NCBI GenBank assembly: GCA_947465495.1
Contig: CANIAS010000003.1
Span: 20,503 to 84,502 of the forward strand
DNA length: 64,000 nucleotides
Direction of reading: 5' to 3'
DNA from: Candidatus Pollutiaquabacter sp.
Lineage (GTDB): Bacteria > Bacteroidota > Bacteroidia > AKYH767-A > 2013-40CM-41-45
The notes beneath the pieces were generated by a model. The model had not been told where the DNA came from, did no database searches, and saw only the letters and a program-made list of their open reading frames with translations. Position numbers and translations under genes: made by a program. Position 1 is the stretch's first letter, and each line of letters starts with the position of its first letter. This document shows, piece after piece, positions 50,868 to 61,023 of this stretch.

Positions 50868-52274
50868 TCACATCCTTCCCGCTGACCAATTCAGATAGGC
50901 CATCGTTTTTGCAAATTTAGTCCTGAGTTCTGCCAAACGAATACGGCTGTTGATCACGCCGTTCTCTCGGGCATTGACCAGAAAAAGAAAACCCTCTCCT
51001 TCGGAAAAACGATATAATTCGCCTTCAAGTAATTTGTCAGAATTAGCTTGTAATTTCTCCTGTACTTGTATCTGATCGGCCAGAGTAGTCAATTCATTAT
51101 AAACTGTACGCACCTGGTTCACGATTTCCCGTGTCGCTTGTTGCTGCTCGTAAGTAGTTTGCCGGATCTTCAACTTTGCCATAGCCGCTTTGCCACGCTC
51201 CTCTCGTAAAAACAACGGCATGCTAAAATTTAAACCCATTTTGTAGTTATTAGTAAAATCAGAGGACCCTGCAATGAAGTCAAAAGCATCCGGTCCCTGA
51301 CCCAGAAAATTATATTCAAGGTTGAGCTTTGGACGTAGCTTTTCCATAGCCCATTTACGCTCAATCTCGAGTTGATTTAATTTTACGTCATACTTGATTA
51401 CCTCGGGATGATTGGTTCTGGCAGCATCCAATAAATATTCAATTCGTAATTCATTGATAAGTTCCATGATGTTTATACTCGATTCTGGTAGTATGTTTTC
51501 TGTAATCTCAACCGGCTCACCCGTAGGACTCCACAGATGGTTCGATGCAATCAGCCTGGCATTCCTTTCATCCAAGGAGGCTTGACTAACTAAATTTTGT
51601 CGGCTCTGAACTTCAATAAAGGCTTCCAAGGAGTCAATGGCTGCTTGCTCACCAAATAACACCCTGTCGCGAATCGCCTCAAAACGGATTGAAGCCAATC
51701 GCAGACTTTCTTCCTGAAGTTTTTTTCGTTGGTAGGTATAAGACCAATCCCAAAAATCTTTCGTGGCTTGAAACAATAATTTATTAATAAGCTTCACGCG
51801 TTCTGCTTCCGCTAACACAGTGGATTGGCGTGCTTGCAGCACTGCCGCGCGTCTGGCGTCAATTAGCAAACCTTGACCCAAGGGCATGGATACCCCCAGG
51901 TAAGAAAGCCCTTCGATAGGAGTCACTTCTTCCGGGTCAAGATAGTTTCCGTTGTTCTCATCGAAAGCAGCTTTAATATCTAGTCCTGGCCATACTGGCA
52001 CCGTGAGAGAGCTTTGCCAAATGCTCCAATAGTCTTTTTCGAGAAATCGTTTTTCAGAAAAATTACTCTTAAGCATTGGATCAAAAGCGCCCTTAGTCAC
52101 CTGAAGCTCGCGTGAGGCCATTTCTGAAAACGTTGTTGCTTGCTTTGCTATAGGATGATTGGATTCAACAATTCCGAGGTATTGCTCCGAGGTCATAACC
52201 ATCAAGTTGTCAGCATGCAAATTGGAAATGCAGCAGGTAAAAATAGCGATGTATAATAAGGTAGTTCGAATCAT
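50868..52274 (-). CDS. TolC family outer membrane protein
   Basis: Signal peptide, NHP, GAFDP, long helical segments, FLVNAREN; last gene of an ABC-HlyD-TolC operon. Confidence 0.88.
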   Translation of the reverse strand: MIRTTLLYIAIFTCCISNLHADNLMVMTSEQYLGIVESNHPIAKQATTFSEMASRELQVTKGAFDPMLKSNFSEKRFLEKDYWSIWQSSLTVPVWPGLDIKAAFDENNGNYLDPEEVTPIEGLSYLGVSMPLGQGLLIDARRAAVLQARQSTVLAEAERVKLINKLLFQATKDFWDWSYTYQRKKLQEESLRLASIRFEAIRDRVLFGEQAAIDSLEAFIEVQSRQNLVSQASLDERNARLIASNHLWSPTGEPVEITENILPESSINIMELINELRIEYLLDAARTNHPEVIKYDVKLNQLEIERKWAMEKLRPKLNLEYNFLGQGPDAFDFIAGSSDFTNNYKMGLNFSMPLFLREERGKAAMAKLKIRQTTYEQQQATREIVNQVRTVYNELTTLADQIQVQEKLQANSDKLLEGELYRFSEGEGFLFLVNARENGVINSRIRLAELRTKFAKTMAYLNWSAGRM

Positions 52275-53644
52275 TGCTTTGCTTTGTTTTCTTTCTTGGA
52301 CGTTTCTTCTTTTTTAGAAATAGAAGCCTGTTTGCCAATATAATCAGGAGGGAAACCGTTGAATTGTCGCCAGAGTTCATACCAGATAGGAACATCTTTC
52401 AGCATGATCCAACCGAAGCTGCCTGATCCTACGCGCAACTGCTCTGGCCAGGGTACATCGTTCGGGTCGGGTGTAACGAGAATTCGGTAGCGCCCATCGG
52501 TGTCGAAATTGTCGATGACTTGCACAATACCGCCAAAGGTGCCAAAGCTACATCCTGGCCAGCCCGCAAATACCAAAGCGGGCCAACCATCAAACTGAAG
52601 ACGCACCTTGCGGCCTTTTTCCAATAACGGGATATCCATTGGCCTGACGTATAGTTGTACCGCCAACTCAGGAGTGGAAGGCATCACGGTGCAGATTACA
52701 TCACCCTCAGAAACTGTTTCTCCAATGCCAGAGATTTTTGCTTGAACAACGTATCCGTCTTGTGGTGCTGTTACGAAATAATAGTTGCTACGAATCGCCA
52801 TGCTCGAAAACTCGATGTTCAGTTTTGCGATTTCAGATTGTGTCTCATACAGGTAGGATAGCGCTGTGTTCAATTCCGATTCTGCCTTACTAATCTTATT
52901 CGTGTATTCTGCTTCCAGCGAACCTAGTTCGATTTCGGCATTGATTAACTCGTTGCGGGTGGCTTGCAATTTATTTTCAGTTACTACCACCTTGGCGCGC
53001 GACTCTTGCAATTTTAAATTTCTTCGCTCTTGTTCAGTGATTGGCAAAAGACCTTTGGAAAGTAAAGAGTCTGCTCGCTTTGCTTGCGCCCTGGCAATGT
53101 CAAAATCTGCTTTGACTGCACGAACATCAGCACTGTCGCTGATTAACTTGAACTCATTTTGTTTTAATTTATTTCTAGCTTTCGCCAGCGATAGTAGTTT
53201 TTCTTTTTGAATGGCTTCGATTTGTTTCGCTAGGGCGCTTACTTTTCCCGAAGTGGAATTCTGCGAACCTTCTTTCGCCTTTATCTGATCATCGATTCGT
53301 TCAATCATCTTAGGGTCCAGGTATTTTTCGCGGATTTCAGATAGCCGTACAATCGTGTCGCCTTGCTTGATGAATTGTCCTTCTTGCACATACCACTTCT
53401 CCACGCGACCAGCAATTAATGCTTGAATGGATTGCGGACGATCCTGTGGTAGATAGGTCGTCACTGATCCGTTAGATCGGATGTTTTGTGTCCATGGTAG
53501 AAACAGGGAAAGTAATAGGATCGAAAAGAACACCATCGATATGCGAGCGAATCGCTTTGCATGACGTGTGTCTCGTACCAGATGTATCGATTTGAATGAT
53601 GCCTTTGAGGGGTCAGTGGGATGATTGTCTGAGTAGTTATTCAT
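52271..53644 (-). CDS. HlyD family periplasmic adaptor
   Basis: N-terminal TM, LPWTQNI, lipoyl-like GRVEKWYVQEG, long coiled coil, VRLQFDGWPALVF. Confidence 0.9.
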   Translation of the reverse strand: MNNYSDNHPTDPSKASFKSIHLVRDTRHAKRFARISMVFFSILLLSLFLPWTQNIRSNGSVTTYLPQDRPQSIQALIAGRVEKWYVQEGQFIKQGDTIVRLSEIREKYLDPKMIERIDDQIKAKEGSQNSTSGKVSALAKQIEAIQKEKLLSLAKARNKLKQNEFKLISDSADVRAVKADFDIARAQAKRADSLLSKGLLPITEQERRNLKLQESRAKVVVTENKLQATRNELINAEIELGSLEAEYTNKISKAESELNTALSYLYETQSEIAKLNIEFSSMAIRSNYYFVTAPQDGYVVQAKISGIGETVSEGDVICTVMPSTPELAVQLYVRPMDIPLLEKGRKVRLQFDGWPALVFAGWPGCSFGTFGGIVQVIDNFDTDGRYRILVTPDPNDVPWPEQLRVGSGSFGWIMLKDVPIWYELWRQFNGFPPDYIGKQASISKKEETSKKENKAKQ

Positions 53645-53653
53645 GATGGGAAA

Positions 53654-55843
53654 TCAATCAATATGTTGAATTAGGCTCTTGAATTCTTCTGACTTTTTTG
53701 AAAGCTCCTCTAATGTACCCGAGGCGATTAGTTGACCTTCTTTCATCAGTATAATTCGTTCTGACATAGCCATTACTGCTGGGTCGTTTGATACTATTAT
53801 AATAGTCCATTCGTTTTCCTTCCGCAGCAGAAATTCCAGGATTCTCATTTTTTCGGATAGTTCAACGCCTAAAAGAAAATCATCGATGATGAGTAATCCT
53901 GGTCGTTCGACAAGGTTTCGGGTCAATATCAAGCGATGCAAAATGCTTTCAGGTAGTCGACTGGATCCACCGACCAGTCGTGTGTAATATCCTTGTGGTT
54001 GATTGGCGATGTATTCGGAAAGCCCTGTTATCCCGGTCGCCCATACTACGTCGTCAAAGGTGACACCTTGTCTAGCGAGTGTAATATTCTCCAATATGCT
54101 CCCGTCAAAGAGAGTGTCTTGTGAAACATAATTTCCGATGCGATTCATCAGGGTGTTTTTGTCAAGTTCACGAAGTGAAATCTCATTATACCGAATGCTG
54201 CCGTGATAGGAGTCGTAGAGTCCTAACAGAAGCTGAACCAACGTTGATTTTCCGGACCCGTTACCACCGGAAAGGCAAATCTTTTCAGAAGGTTGAATGG
54301 TCAAGGAGATCCCTTTCAATACGACTTGATTTGTGTCTGGGTAGGCATAGGAAAGTCGATCGATGTTAATGGACAATGCGTTTTTATCATTTTCCTTTAG
54401 CTGGCTGACAGGCGCCTCTTCGACTGGCAAACTGGTTACTTTGGTGATTTTTTCAATACTTACCAATACATCATAGACGGCATCTATTTTTTGAATAATC
54501 TTTTCAATCGAGTTCATAATCAAAATGATCACGATTTCGGCGGCCACGAATTGTCCAAGGTTAATCTGACGGTCTATTACTAATACGACCCCAAGAATTA
54601 GTAATATGGCGGTAATGAGTGTTTTGAATACGATGAAACTGTAATACTGAACTTTGAGAACCTTAAAATGACTTTCTCTCGCGCGGAGGTAATTTCCTAC
54701 GTGATAATCAGTACGATCCATGTTCAACGTAGAATGTCCTGCTAACTTAAATGTGACAATGGATCGGGCCATCTCTTCCAGCCAGTTTGCTACGGCATAT
54801 TTGTGTTCGGATTCTTGCAAGGCAGTCTGCATTCCTTTTGGTCCTGTTAATCTCAAAACGGCCCATAATGCAGCCAACATAATGCCTCCTAGCATGATGA
54901 ACAGTGGGTGGTAGAGCGATAATAGAAAAATGCCGAGCAATACTTGTAGCAAAGCAGCAGATAGATCGATGAGCAAAACAGGTATTCCTTTTTGTAGCGT
55001 AAGGGTGTCGAAAAACCGGTTCATCAATTCCGGTGGATTGTATTTTAAAATAGACTCCATACGTAAGCGAGGGATTCGATATGCGAAGGCGAATGCTGTA
55101 CTTGCAAATAATTTTTGCTGAAGATATTCGACGATTTCAAGTTGAAAGACCATCATCAGCCCGCTAAAGAATACCCCTAAAAGGATGAATAGAATAAGTA
55201 CGGAGGATGAAGTGACAACTTGTCCGCTTGATATGAAACCGATCAGACTTTGTACACCAAGTGGCAAGGATAAGCTGATGAGACCGATGAAGAGAGCATA
55301 GGAAAGTACGTAGAGTATCTCTTTTCGCTCAGGGGCTAACAGTCGTAGTAATTTCTCGATGATTTTAAAACGCGATCCACTGAGGTCGATTGCTTTTAAG
55401 GTAGTCTGATCGTCTACAGCATGATGAGGAAAACATACAATGACGGGTATGGAGCCGTTTGTTGAACGAAAGACGCGCTTGATGATTACTTCGGCGACCT
55501 CCTTGTTGGCAGGAATAAGTTTGTTTTTTTCTGAACGAAATATTTCCCCATTCTTAGTTGATTGGTAAGCGGCTGTGACTGTAAGTCCGCTCCCTTGAAC
55601 TTCAAAAAATAAAAATGGATATGGTGAGCTTTCGTACAGTGATATAAATTCTGTTTCTGTAATTTCTTTTTTAAGGTAAATCAAGTTTTCCTTTGCTCCG
55701 GTTTCTATAAGCGTTCGGATGAATTCATCCGGATTAGAACCATAAGAAAGGAAGTCCGGATTTTCAAAAAGGGAGTGGCTGGAGTCTACCGATTCGATTT
55801 TTAAGACTTGTTTAAAAAAATGATGGATGTCTTTAAGTAGCAT
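53654..55843 (-). CDS. HlyB-like ABC exporter (N-terminal extension, TMD, degenerate NBD)
   Basis: ABC membrane domain (ELMNRFFD, LGQFVAAEI) and Walker A GGNGSGKS; signature, Walker B Glu and H-loop are altered. Confidence 0.85.
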   Translation of the reverse strand: MLLKDIHHFFKQVLKIESVDSSHSLFENPDFLSYGSNPDEFIRTLIETGAKENLIYLKKEITETEFISLYESSPYPFLFFEVQGSGLTVTAAYQSTKNGEIFRSEKNKLIPANKEVAEVIIKRVFRSTNGSIPVIVCFPHHAVDDQTTLKAIDLSGSRFKIIEKLLRLLAPERKEILYVLSYALFIGLISLSLPLGVQSLIGFISSGQVVTSSSVLILFILLGVFFSGLMMVFQLEIVEYLQQKLFASTAFAFAYRIPRLRMESILKYNPPELMNRFFDTLTLQKGIPVLLIDLSAALLQVLLGIFLLSLYHPLFIMLGGIMLAALWAVLRLTGPKGMQTALQESEHKYAVANWLEEMARSIVTFKLAGHSTLNMDRTDYHVGNYLRARESHFKVLKVQYYSFIVFKTLITAILLILGVVLVIDRQINLGQFVAAEIVIILIMNSIEKIIQKIDAVYDVLVSIEKITKVTSLPVEEAPVSQLKENDKNALSINIDRLSYAYPDTNQVVLKGISLTIQPSEKICLSGGNGSGKSTLVQLLLGLYDSYHGSIRYNEISLRELDKNTLMNRIGNYVSQDTLFDGSILENITLARQGVTFDDVVWATGITGLSEYIANQPQGYYTRLVGGSSRLPESILHRLILTRNLVERPGLLIIDDFLLGVELSEKMRILEFLLRKENEWTIIIVSNDPAVMAMSERIILMKEGQLIASGTLEELSKKSEEFKSLIQHID

Positions 55844-56214
55844 GGTTCAGTTAGTAAGTAGAAGCATTTGACTAATAGATTTAGCCTAGTATCGGATACA
55901 TTGTATTGTGATCGATTTTCGAGCGCGCCCTTTTAAGCAAAAACTATTCCTAGTTCCTTATTTAGGAGCAGTTGAGGTAGTTAAATAGTATTAAAGTTGG
56001 TTTGAATTCTACTTAATAACGACACTTATTTAACTGCAAAAATTAATCTAATCTTAATTGTTAAAAAGCCTTAAAGTCGAATCGTGTTTGATGTGGTTAT
56101 TCAAAAGCGTTATGGAACTCGTGTTTTTTGTGACAATTAATTCAAGTTGAATGCTGTAGTTCAACGCTAAGTTGTAATTAGGAGAGTTGAACTACCAGGA
56201 AGTATAGAGGCATT

Positions 56215-56361
56215 CCTATAGTAAAAATAAATGGGAAATGATTTTCTGTAAAGATTAACAATTACTTCCAGGTCGCTTTTGAATACAATCGCCAGAATTC
56301 CCTATAGGAAAAATAAGTTAGTAGGATTCGTGAGATTGCTGATAAGAAAATGAAATTCCAT
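56215..56361 (-). pseudogene. Remnant of an SbtA-like sodium-dependent bicarbonate transporter (5' fragment)
   Basis: MEFHFLISNLTNPTNLFFL*GILAIVFKSDLEV has an in-frame TAG at 56302-56304, followed by apparent frameshifts. It resembles SbtA N-termini (NLTNPxxLFFxLG..KSDL). TATCTTTG -7 element at 56400-56407. The 3' boundary is approximate. Confidence 0.6.
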
Positions 56362-56455
56362 GGTTAATGGTTTTATTAAATTGCAAATCAATGATTGCAC
56401 AAAGATAAGAACAGAACTTTGCTTTCAATTCAGTTCAGTTCATTGCTACCGGTAA

Positions 56456-57688
56456 TTACTCGTATCGCAACGACTCAATCGGATCCAGCTTGGCGGCTTT
56501 AGATGCGGGATAATACCCCGACACGACTCCAACTCCGAAGCACAAAACGATTCCTGAAAAAATCCATTTCCATGGAATGAGAAAGCCGCTGTCAAGTATC
56601 AGTGACATGCTGTTCCCAACAAGTATACCCAAAAATATTCCAAGTATTCCTCCGATTTGACAAATCAGAATAGCTTCGATCAAAAATTGACGACGGATCA
56701 CCGTCGGTGTTGCGCCCAGTGCTTTTCGGATTCCAATTTCACGCGTGCGTTCTGTTACACTGACCAACATGATATTCATCAGCCCAATGGCAGCACCCAA
56801 CAAGGTGATAAGTCCGATGATGGTCGCAGCGATGGTTACAGTCCCCAATTGACTGATTAACATGTTTGCAATACTGTCGCTCTTTGTTATTTCAAATGTA
56901 TTGTCCTCCCCGATATGAACTCCTCTGACTACACGGAATACGCCCGTCGCTTCGCTAATAGCAGCATTCATTTTTTTGATGTCCTCCACACTGACATTGA
57001 TGGAATAGGACATGTTTTCTTTTCCGAAATGTTGTTTAACATTCATTAATGGCAAGATGCAAACTTTGTCTCCTCCGAAGCCCATTGCGGTTCCTTTTTC
57101 TTTGAGGACTCCAATCACTCGGTACTTGTTGTTTCCTACCGAAATTACCTGATCAATGGGATCTGACGAAGGGAATATTTTTTCCAGGACATCCTTTCCT
57201 AAAATAGCCACATTTGACCCGTTAAGCACTTCCTGCGCGGAAAAATTACGACCTGCAGCAATCGTATAGCCAGAGGTTTGCAGGTAGTTTTCATTCCCTC
57301 CCATGACCATCACATTGGGATTGGTCTTTTCGTCTTCGTGTCGCAGCGTGGCTGTTCCACTGGCCATCACCGAAACGGAAATTTTGGCCGGGAAGTGGAA
57401 GGCTTCAATGAATCGTTCCGACTGATGATAATCAATAGGCTTGAATCGCTTGGCCCTCCTTCCACGACTACCGATACGGATGTTCATTCCTCGGTTCTGG
57501 ATGGTGAAGGAATTAGCCCCCATGCTTTGAAAATTCGAATTAATCGAACTTTCCACGGCATCAATAGCCGTTAAAATACCTACCAGTGCCATGATGCCAA
57601 TGGCAATAATAAGCGCGGTAAGGGTCGTTCGTAACCGTTGGCTGCGAATGCTCTGACGCGCTACTTTGATGTTTTCCGCGAGATTCAA
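56456..57688 (-). CDS. MacB/FtsX-like ABC transporter permease
   Basis: [13 protein letters not shown], periplasmic domain, [38 protein letters not shown]. Confidence 0.92.
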   Translation of the reverse strand: MNLAENIKVARQSIRSQRLRTTLTALIIAIGIMALVGILTAIDAVESSINSNFQSMGANSFTIQNRGMNIRIGSRGRRAKRFKPIDYHQSERFIEAFHFPAKISVSVMASGTATLRHEDEKTNPNVMVMGGNENYLQTSGYTIAAGRNFSAQEVLNGSNVAILGKDVLEKIFPSSDPIDQVISVGNNKYRVIGVLKEKGTAMGFGGDKVCILPLMNVKQHFGKENMSYSINVSVEDIKKMNAAISEATGVFRVVRGVHIGEDNTFEITKSDSIANMLISQLGTVTIAATIIGLITLLGAAIGLMNIMLVSVTERTREIGIRKALGATPTVIRRQFLIEAILICQIGGILGIFLGILVGNSMSLILDSGFLIPWKWIFSGIVLCFGVGVVSGYYPASKAAKLDPIESLRYE

Positions 57689-57859
57689 TTGATAAATTAA
57701 ACGTCAAAAGTAGAAAGTAAACGCTGAATTATTCCATGATAAATATACTAATTAGCATTATTAGCACGGTTTACTTACACTAATGGAAAACACTGATTTT
57801 TGTCTTTTTATTCTTGACCATATTCACTACCTTTATAATACCTTAAAAATTAAACTATC

Positions 57860-58120
57860 ATGAAAAAAATCTTCGCTTTGCTCGCTCTAGTGAGCTTTGT
57901 ATCCCTAACCGTGCTTGCCGACGAGCCGGCTAAATCGTGTGACAAGAAAGAAGGAAAATCTTGCTGCAAAAAAGAAGCCTCCGCTAAATCTGAAAAATCT
58001 TCTTGCTGTTCTAAAGAAGCCAAAGAAGGCAAATCATGCTCTAAAGAGAAATCCAGTTGCTCTCACGACAAAGAAGCCGCTAAGCCTGCAGATAGCAATG
58101 GTGTTAAGTCGGATAAGTAA
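57860..58120 (+). CDS. Small exported Cys/Lys/Ser-rich low-complexity protein
   Basis: Signal peptide MKKIFALLALVSFVSLTVLA, then (K/S)SC(C/S/D) repeats with 7 Cys; A-rich translation initiation region. Confidence 0.75.
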   Translation: MKKIFALLALVSFVSLTVLADEPAKSCDKKEGKSCCKKEASAKSEKSSCCSKEAKEGKSCSKEKSSCSHDKEAAKPADSNGVKSDK

Positions 58121-58150
58121 TTAATCAGAAATTGATAGTAACCGATCCGG

Positions 58151-58846
58151 TTACAATATTGACAAAAGTTCATTCAAGCCCTTGATCTCACGGTCAGGGG
58201 CTTCTTTATGAGGTATTGCTTGAGGATTGAAATAGATGGCACGCCATCCGGCCTTTTGCGCACCTATCACATCCACTTCGAGTCCGTCGCCAATCATCAG
58301 GCATTCTTCGTGCGCTGCATTTGCTTTTTTCATCGAGTAATCGAAAATCCGGATGTCGGGCTTTTTATACCCTGTATGTTCACTGATAATGATTTCGCGA
58401 AAATACTTGTTCAGGTCCGCTACCTCCATTTTAATGGTTTGCGCCTCCACGAATCCATTGGTGATGATGTGAAGGGTGTATTTCTCAAAAAGATACTGTA
58501 GGGTTTCATGTGCATCGGGGAAGAGATGAGTTTTCCGTGGACCCAGAAGCACGTAGTCGTCCGCCATTCCTGCAGGAGCCGAATCTGGATCTAAACCCAT
58601 GTCCCAAAAAGTAAACGCAAAGCGTTTGTTTCGCAAGGTAGCCTTGTCTATACCTCCTAATCGATACTGTTCCCACAATAACTCATTGCGATGCTTATAG
58701 GCAGCAACAAAGGCATTAAAGGATGGCACTCCTAATTTGATAAGTTCGTATTTGTCAAACAATTCGGAAAGCGTCGCCATCGAACTTTTTTCAAAATCCC
58801 AAATGGTGTTGTCCAAATCGAAGAATATATGACGAACGCCAATCAT
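58151..58846 (-). CDS. HAD-family pyrimidine nucleotidase (YjjG-like)
   Basis: FFDLDNTIWDF, ITNGF, KKPD..IF, MIGD...DV.GA; start at 58846 in an ATGA overlap. Confidence 0.9.
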   Translation of the reverse strand: MIGVRHIFFDLDNTIWDFEKSSMATLSELFDKYELIKLGVPSFNAFVAAYKHRNELLWEQYRLGGIDKATLRNKRFAFTFWDMGLDPDSAPAGMADDYVLLGPRKTHLFPDAHETLQYLFEKYTLHIITNGFVEAQTIKMEVADLNKYFREIIISEHTGYKKPDIRIFDYSMKKANAAHEECLMIGDGLEVDVIGAQKAGWRAIYFNPQAIPHKEAPDREIKGLNELLSIL

Positions 58847-59409
58847 GAATAGATGTCCTCCAACGTTTTGATGTTGGCAAAATGGAACAAAGTAGTCAGT
58901 AGCAAAGACCATAGTGTGATTGACACAAACAAGTAGAGTAAAATCTTTCGCTTGTTTCTTTCTAACCGAGTGATGAAAAAAGTTCCGATTGGTATTGAAA
59001 GGAAGATTGGAGTTAATGCTGCAAGGCCAATTAAACCGTATTTGGACCAGATGCGTACAATTTTCCGCGAACGAGGTGAGAATACCTTGCGAGGTGGCAT
59101 AGTCTTATCAACATACTCATACTTGATTTGAAGGGGATTTTCAACATCTGCCATTGGGGGTGAAAACAGTTCGCGACGTTCCATTTTCTTTCGAAAAACA
59201 TAAGCGCGAAGCTTGCTCCAAATCATCATAAGCCAATCGCTGAAATACATGAAAACAACGACTCCTAGCATTCCTCCTAGTATTGCATAGAGGTTTGTTT
59301 CAAACCACGTAAATGTATAGCGTTCGGAAATAGAAACGAAGGGTATTCCAAACGCAAACTTGACGCTGCTGATCAGGATAAGGGTAATGATCTGAAGGAA
59401 ATCTTCCAC
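58843..59409 (-). CDS. Hypothetical membrane protein
   Basis: SSVKF, several TM helices, YGLIGLAALTPIFLSIPIG. Confidence 0.7.
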   Translation of the reverse strand: MEDFLQIITLILISSVKFAFGIPFVSISERYTFTWFETNLYAILGGMLGVVVFMYFSDWLMMIWSKLRAYVFRKKMERRELFSPPMADVENPLQIKYEYVDKTMPPRKVFSPRSRKIVRIWSKYGLIGLAALTPIFLSIPIGTFFITRLERNKRKILLYLFVSITLWSLLLTTLFHFANIKTLEDIYS

Positions 59410-59471
59410 AACGAAATCGGCCTGCTAAAATGAATTGGAACAATTACAGCAACAATAACGTTCGCCGTCTA

Positions 59472-60119
59472 TTAAAGTTTTTCTCCAAATGCAAGATCAC
59501 CCGCATCGCCAAGGCCTGGTACAATGTAAGCTTGTGCAGTCAACTCTTCATCCACTGCTGCCGCCCAGATGGTGACATTTTCAGACAAGTGACTTTTGAC
59601 ATGTTCTATGCCTTGAGCACTGGCAATTGCACAAACGATGTGCGTATGTCTAGGAATTCCTTTTTCCATCATGGCTTTGTACGTCATCACGATGGATGAA
59701 CCTGTCGCTAACATTGGATCGCAAAGAATCAAGGTTCTATTTTCTAAGCTCGGACATGAAATGTACTCCAGAGCAATCTCAAAACTGCCATCCTTGTGGT
59801 GCTTTCGGTAGGCACTAATAAAGGCGTTGTCGGCATGATCAAAATAATTAAGAAAACCCTGATGCAGCGGAAGACCTGCACGTAGAATCGTACCAAGAAT
59901 TGGCTGTTCCTTGGGGATATGCATGTTGGAGGCGCCCAAGGGAGTAGTAATTTCCACTTCTTCGTAAATCATCAGTTTGCTGATTTCATAGGCCATAATC
60001 TCTCCAATGCGTTCGAGGTTGCGACGAAAACGCATCCGGTCGTGTTGGACTTCTACATTTCGTAATTCGGAAACGTATTGGTTAAGAATGGAGTTGTAGA
60101 GTCCAAGATGATGTACCAT
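59472..60119 (-). CDS. upp: Uracil phosphoribosyltransferase
   Basis: ILRAG, DPMLATG, YIVPGLGDAGD. Confidence 0.97.
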   Translation of the reverse strand: MVHHLGLYNSILNQYVSELRNVEVQHDRMRFRRNLERIGEIMAYEISKLMIYEEVEITTPLGASNMHIPKEQPILGTILRAGLPLHQGFLNYFDHADNAFISAYRKHHKDGSFEIALEYISCPSLENRTLILCDPMLATGSSIVMTYKAMMEKGIPRHTHIVCAIASAQGIEHVKSHLSENVTIWAAAVDEELTAQAYIVPGLGDAGDLAFGEKL

Positions 60120-60129
60120 CGGTAATGGA

Positions 60130-61023
60130 TTAAGGCTTTATGAGATTGAAAGGAAACGGCAATCGGTTTATCCGCAGTTGTAAATATACGTTTTCCTTTG
60201 AACCGAAACTCTTATAGAATCGATACAAATTTGGGTCAGAGGAACCCTCAAAATCTAAAACGCATTTTTCTCCGGCATGCATGGAAATAAATCTTTCAAG
60301 CAATGCCGACATCGCACCAGTTTCCCGACCATCGGGATGGACGGCGGAGAATAGAAAGATCCAACCATGTCCTGATCGCAGGAATACAGCGCCTGCCTGC
60401 AATGTCCCATGTGAACTCCGAACCCCATGCACCTCTAGTCTACCTCGTTGACGGGCCGAATTGCCAATTTGAATCAAGGTTTCATAGTCGCGATTTTTCA
60501 TTGTGCTGATGGATCTGCCACGGTATTGTCTGAACAGTGAAATGATCTCAGGGATATCAGTGGATTTGTCGAACTGCAATCCAGCTTTTGCAGCCTTCCG
60601 GATGTTTCGTACTATGTTTTCTGAAAAGGACCTGCGAAGAACATCCAACGATAAATTTAGATCCAATACTAGGTTCGGTCGCTCTTTAATTTTCCCTGTA
60701 TGACAAACGTTAAGGCTATTCAATTGTAAATCAATCAAACGATAATTGCTTGGCACTTCTTTCAAAAAGGGGGTCGAATCCAATTCGCCGAAAACGCCCA
60801 GTTGCTGGCTAAAAGGCGGTTGATGACAATAGGTAATTCCCCATTTCTTACTAGTAGGAAGCGGAAATACGGCTGTATATTCATCCTTAACCAGTCCTGA
60901 CCAGCCCGGTGAAACAATGTTTAAATACCAAGATTCTGCGTAAACCAACGGGTTAGCGCACGTTGTAATACAACGATCCCATTCGTTGAAATCCAGTTCT
61001 TCATGTCTAAGAAACCGGATCAT
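60130..61023 (-). CDS. GNAT/FemAB-like acyltransferase domain protein
   Basis: W..C....LVY..SWYL, QPPFSQQLG, RNIRKA, LDFEGS....RFYKSFG; start MIRFL at 61023. Confidence 0.75.
   Translation of the reverse strand: MIRFLRHEELDFNEWDRCITTCANPLVYAESWYLNIVSPGWSGLVKDEYTAVFPLPTSKKWGITYCHQPPFSQQLGVFGELDSTPFLKEVPSNYRLIDLQLNSLNVCHTGKIKERPNLVLDLNLSLDVLRRSFSENIVRNIRKAAKAGLQFDKSTDIPEIISLFRQYRGRSISTMKNRDYETLIQIGNSARQRGRLEVHGVRSSHGTLQAGAVFLRSGHGWIFLFSAVHPDGRETGAMSALLERFISMHAGEKCVLDFEGSSDPNLYRFYKSFGSKENVYLQLRINRLPFPFNLIKP

Noticed and set aside
56302-56304. In-frame TAG as pyrrolysine or readthrough
   Set aside because: Followed by frameshifts and truncation, and TAG is used as a normal stop elsewhere in the window; decay is the simpler explanation.
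55844-56455. Bacteriocin/RiPP precursor for the ABC exporter
   Set aside because: No double-glycine leader ORF found; the only recognisable coding trace is the sbtA-like remnant.
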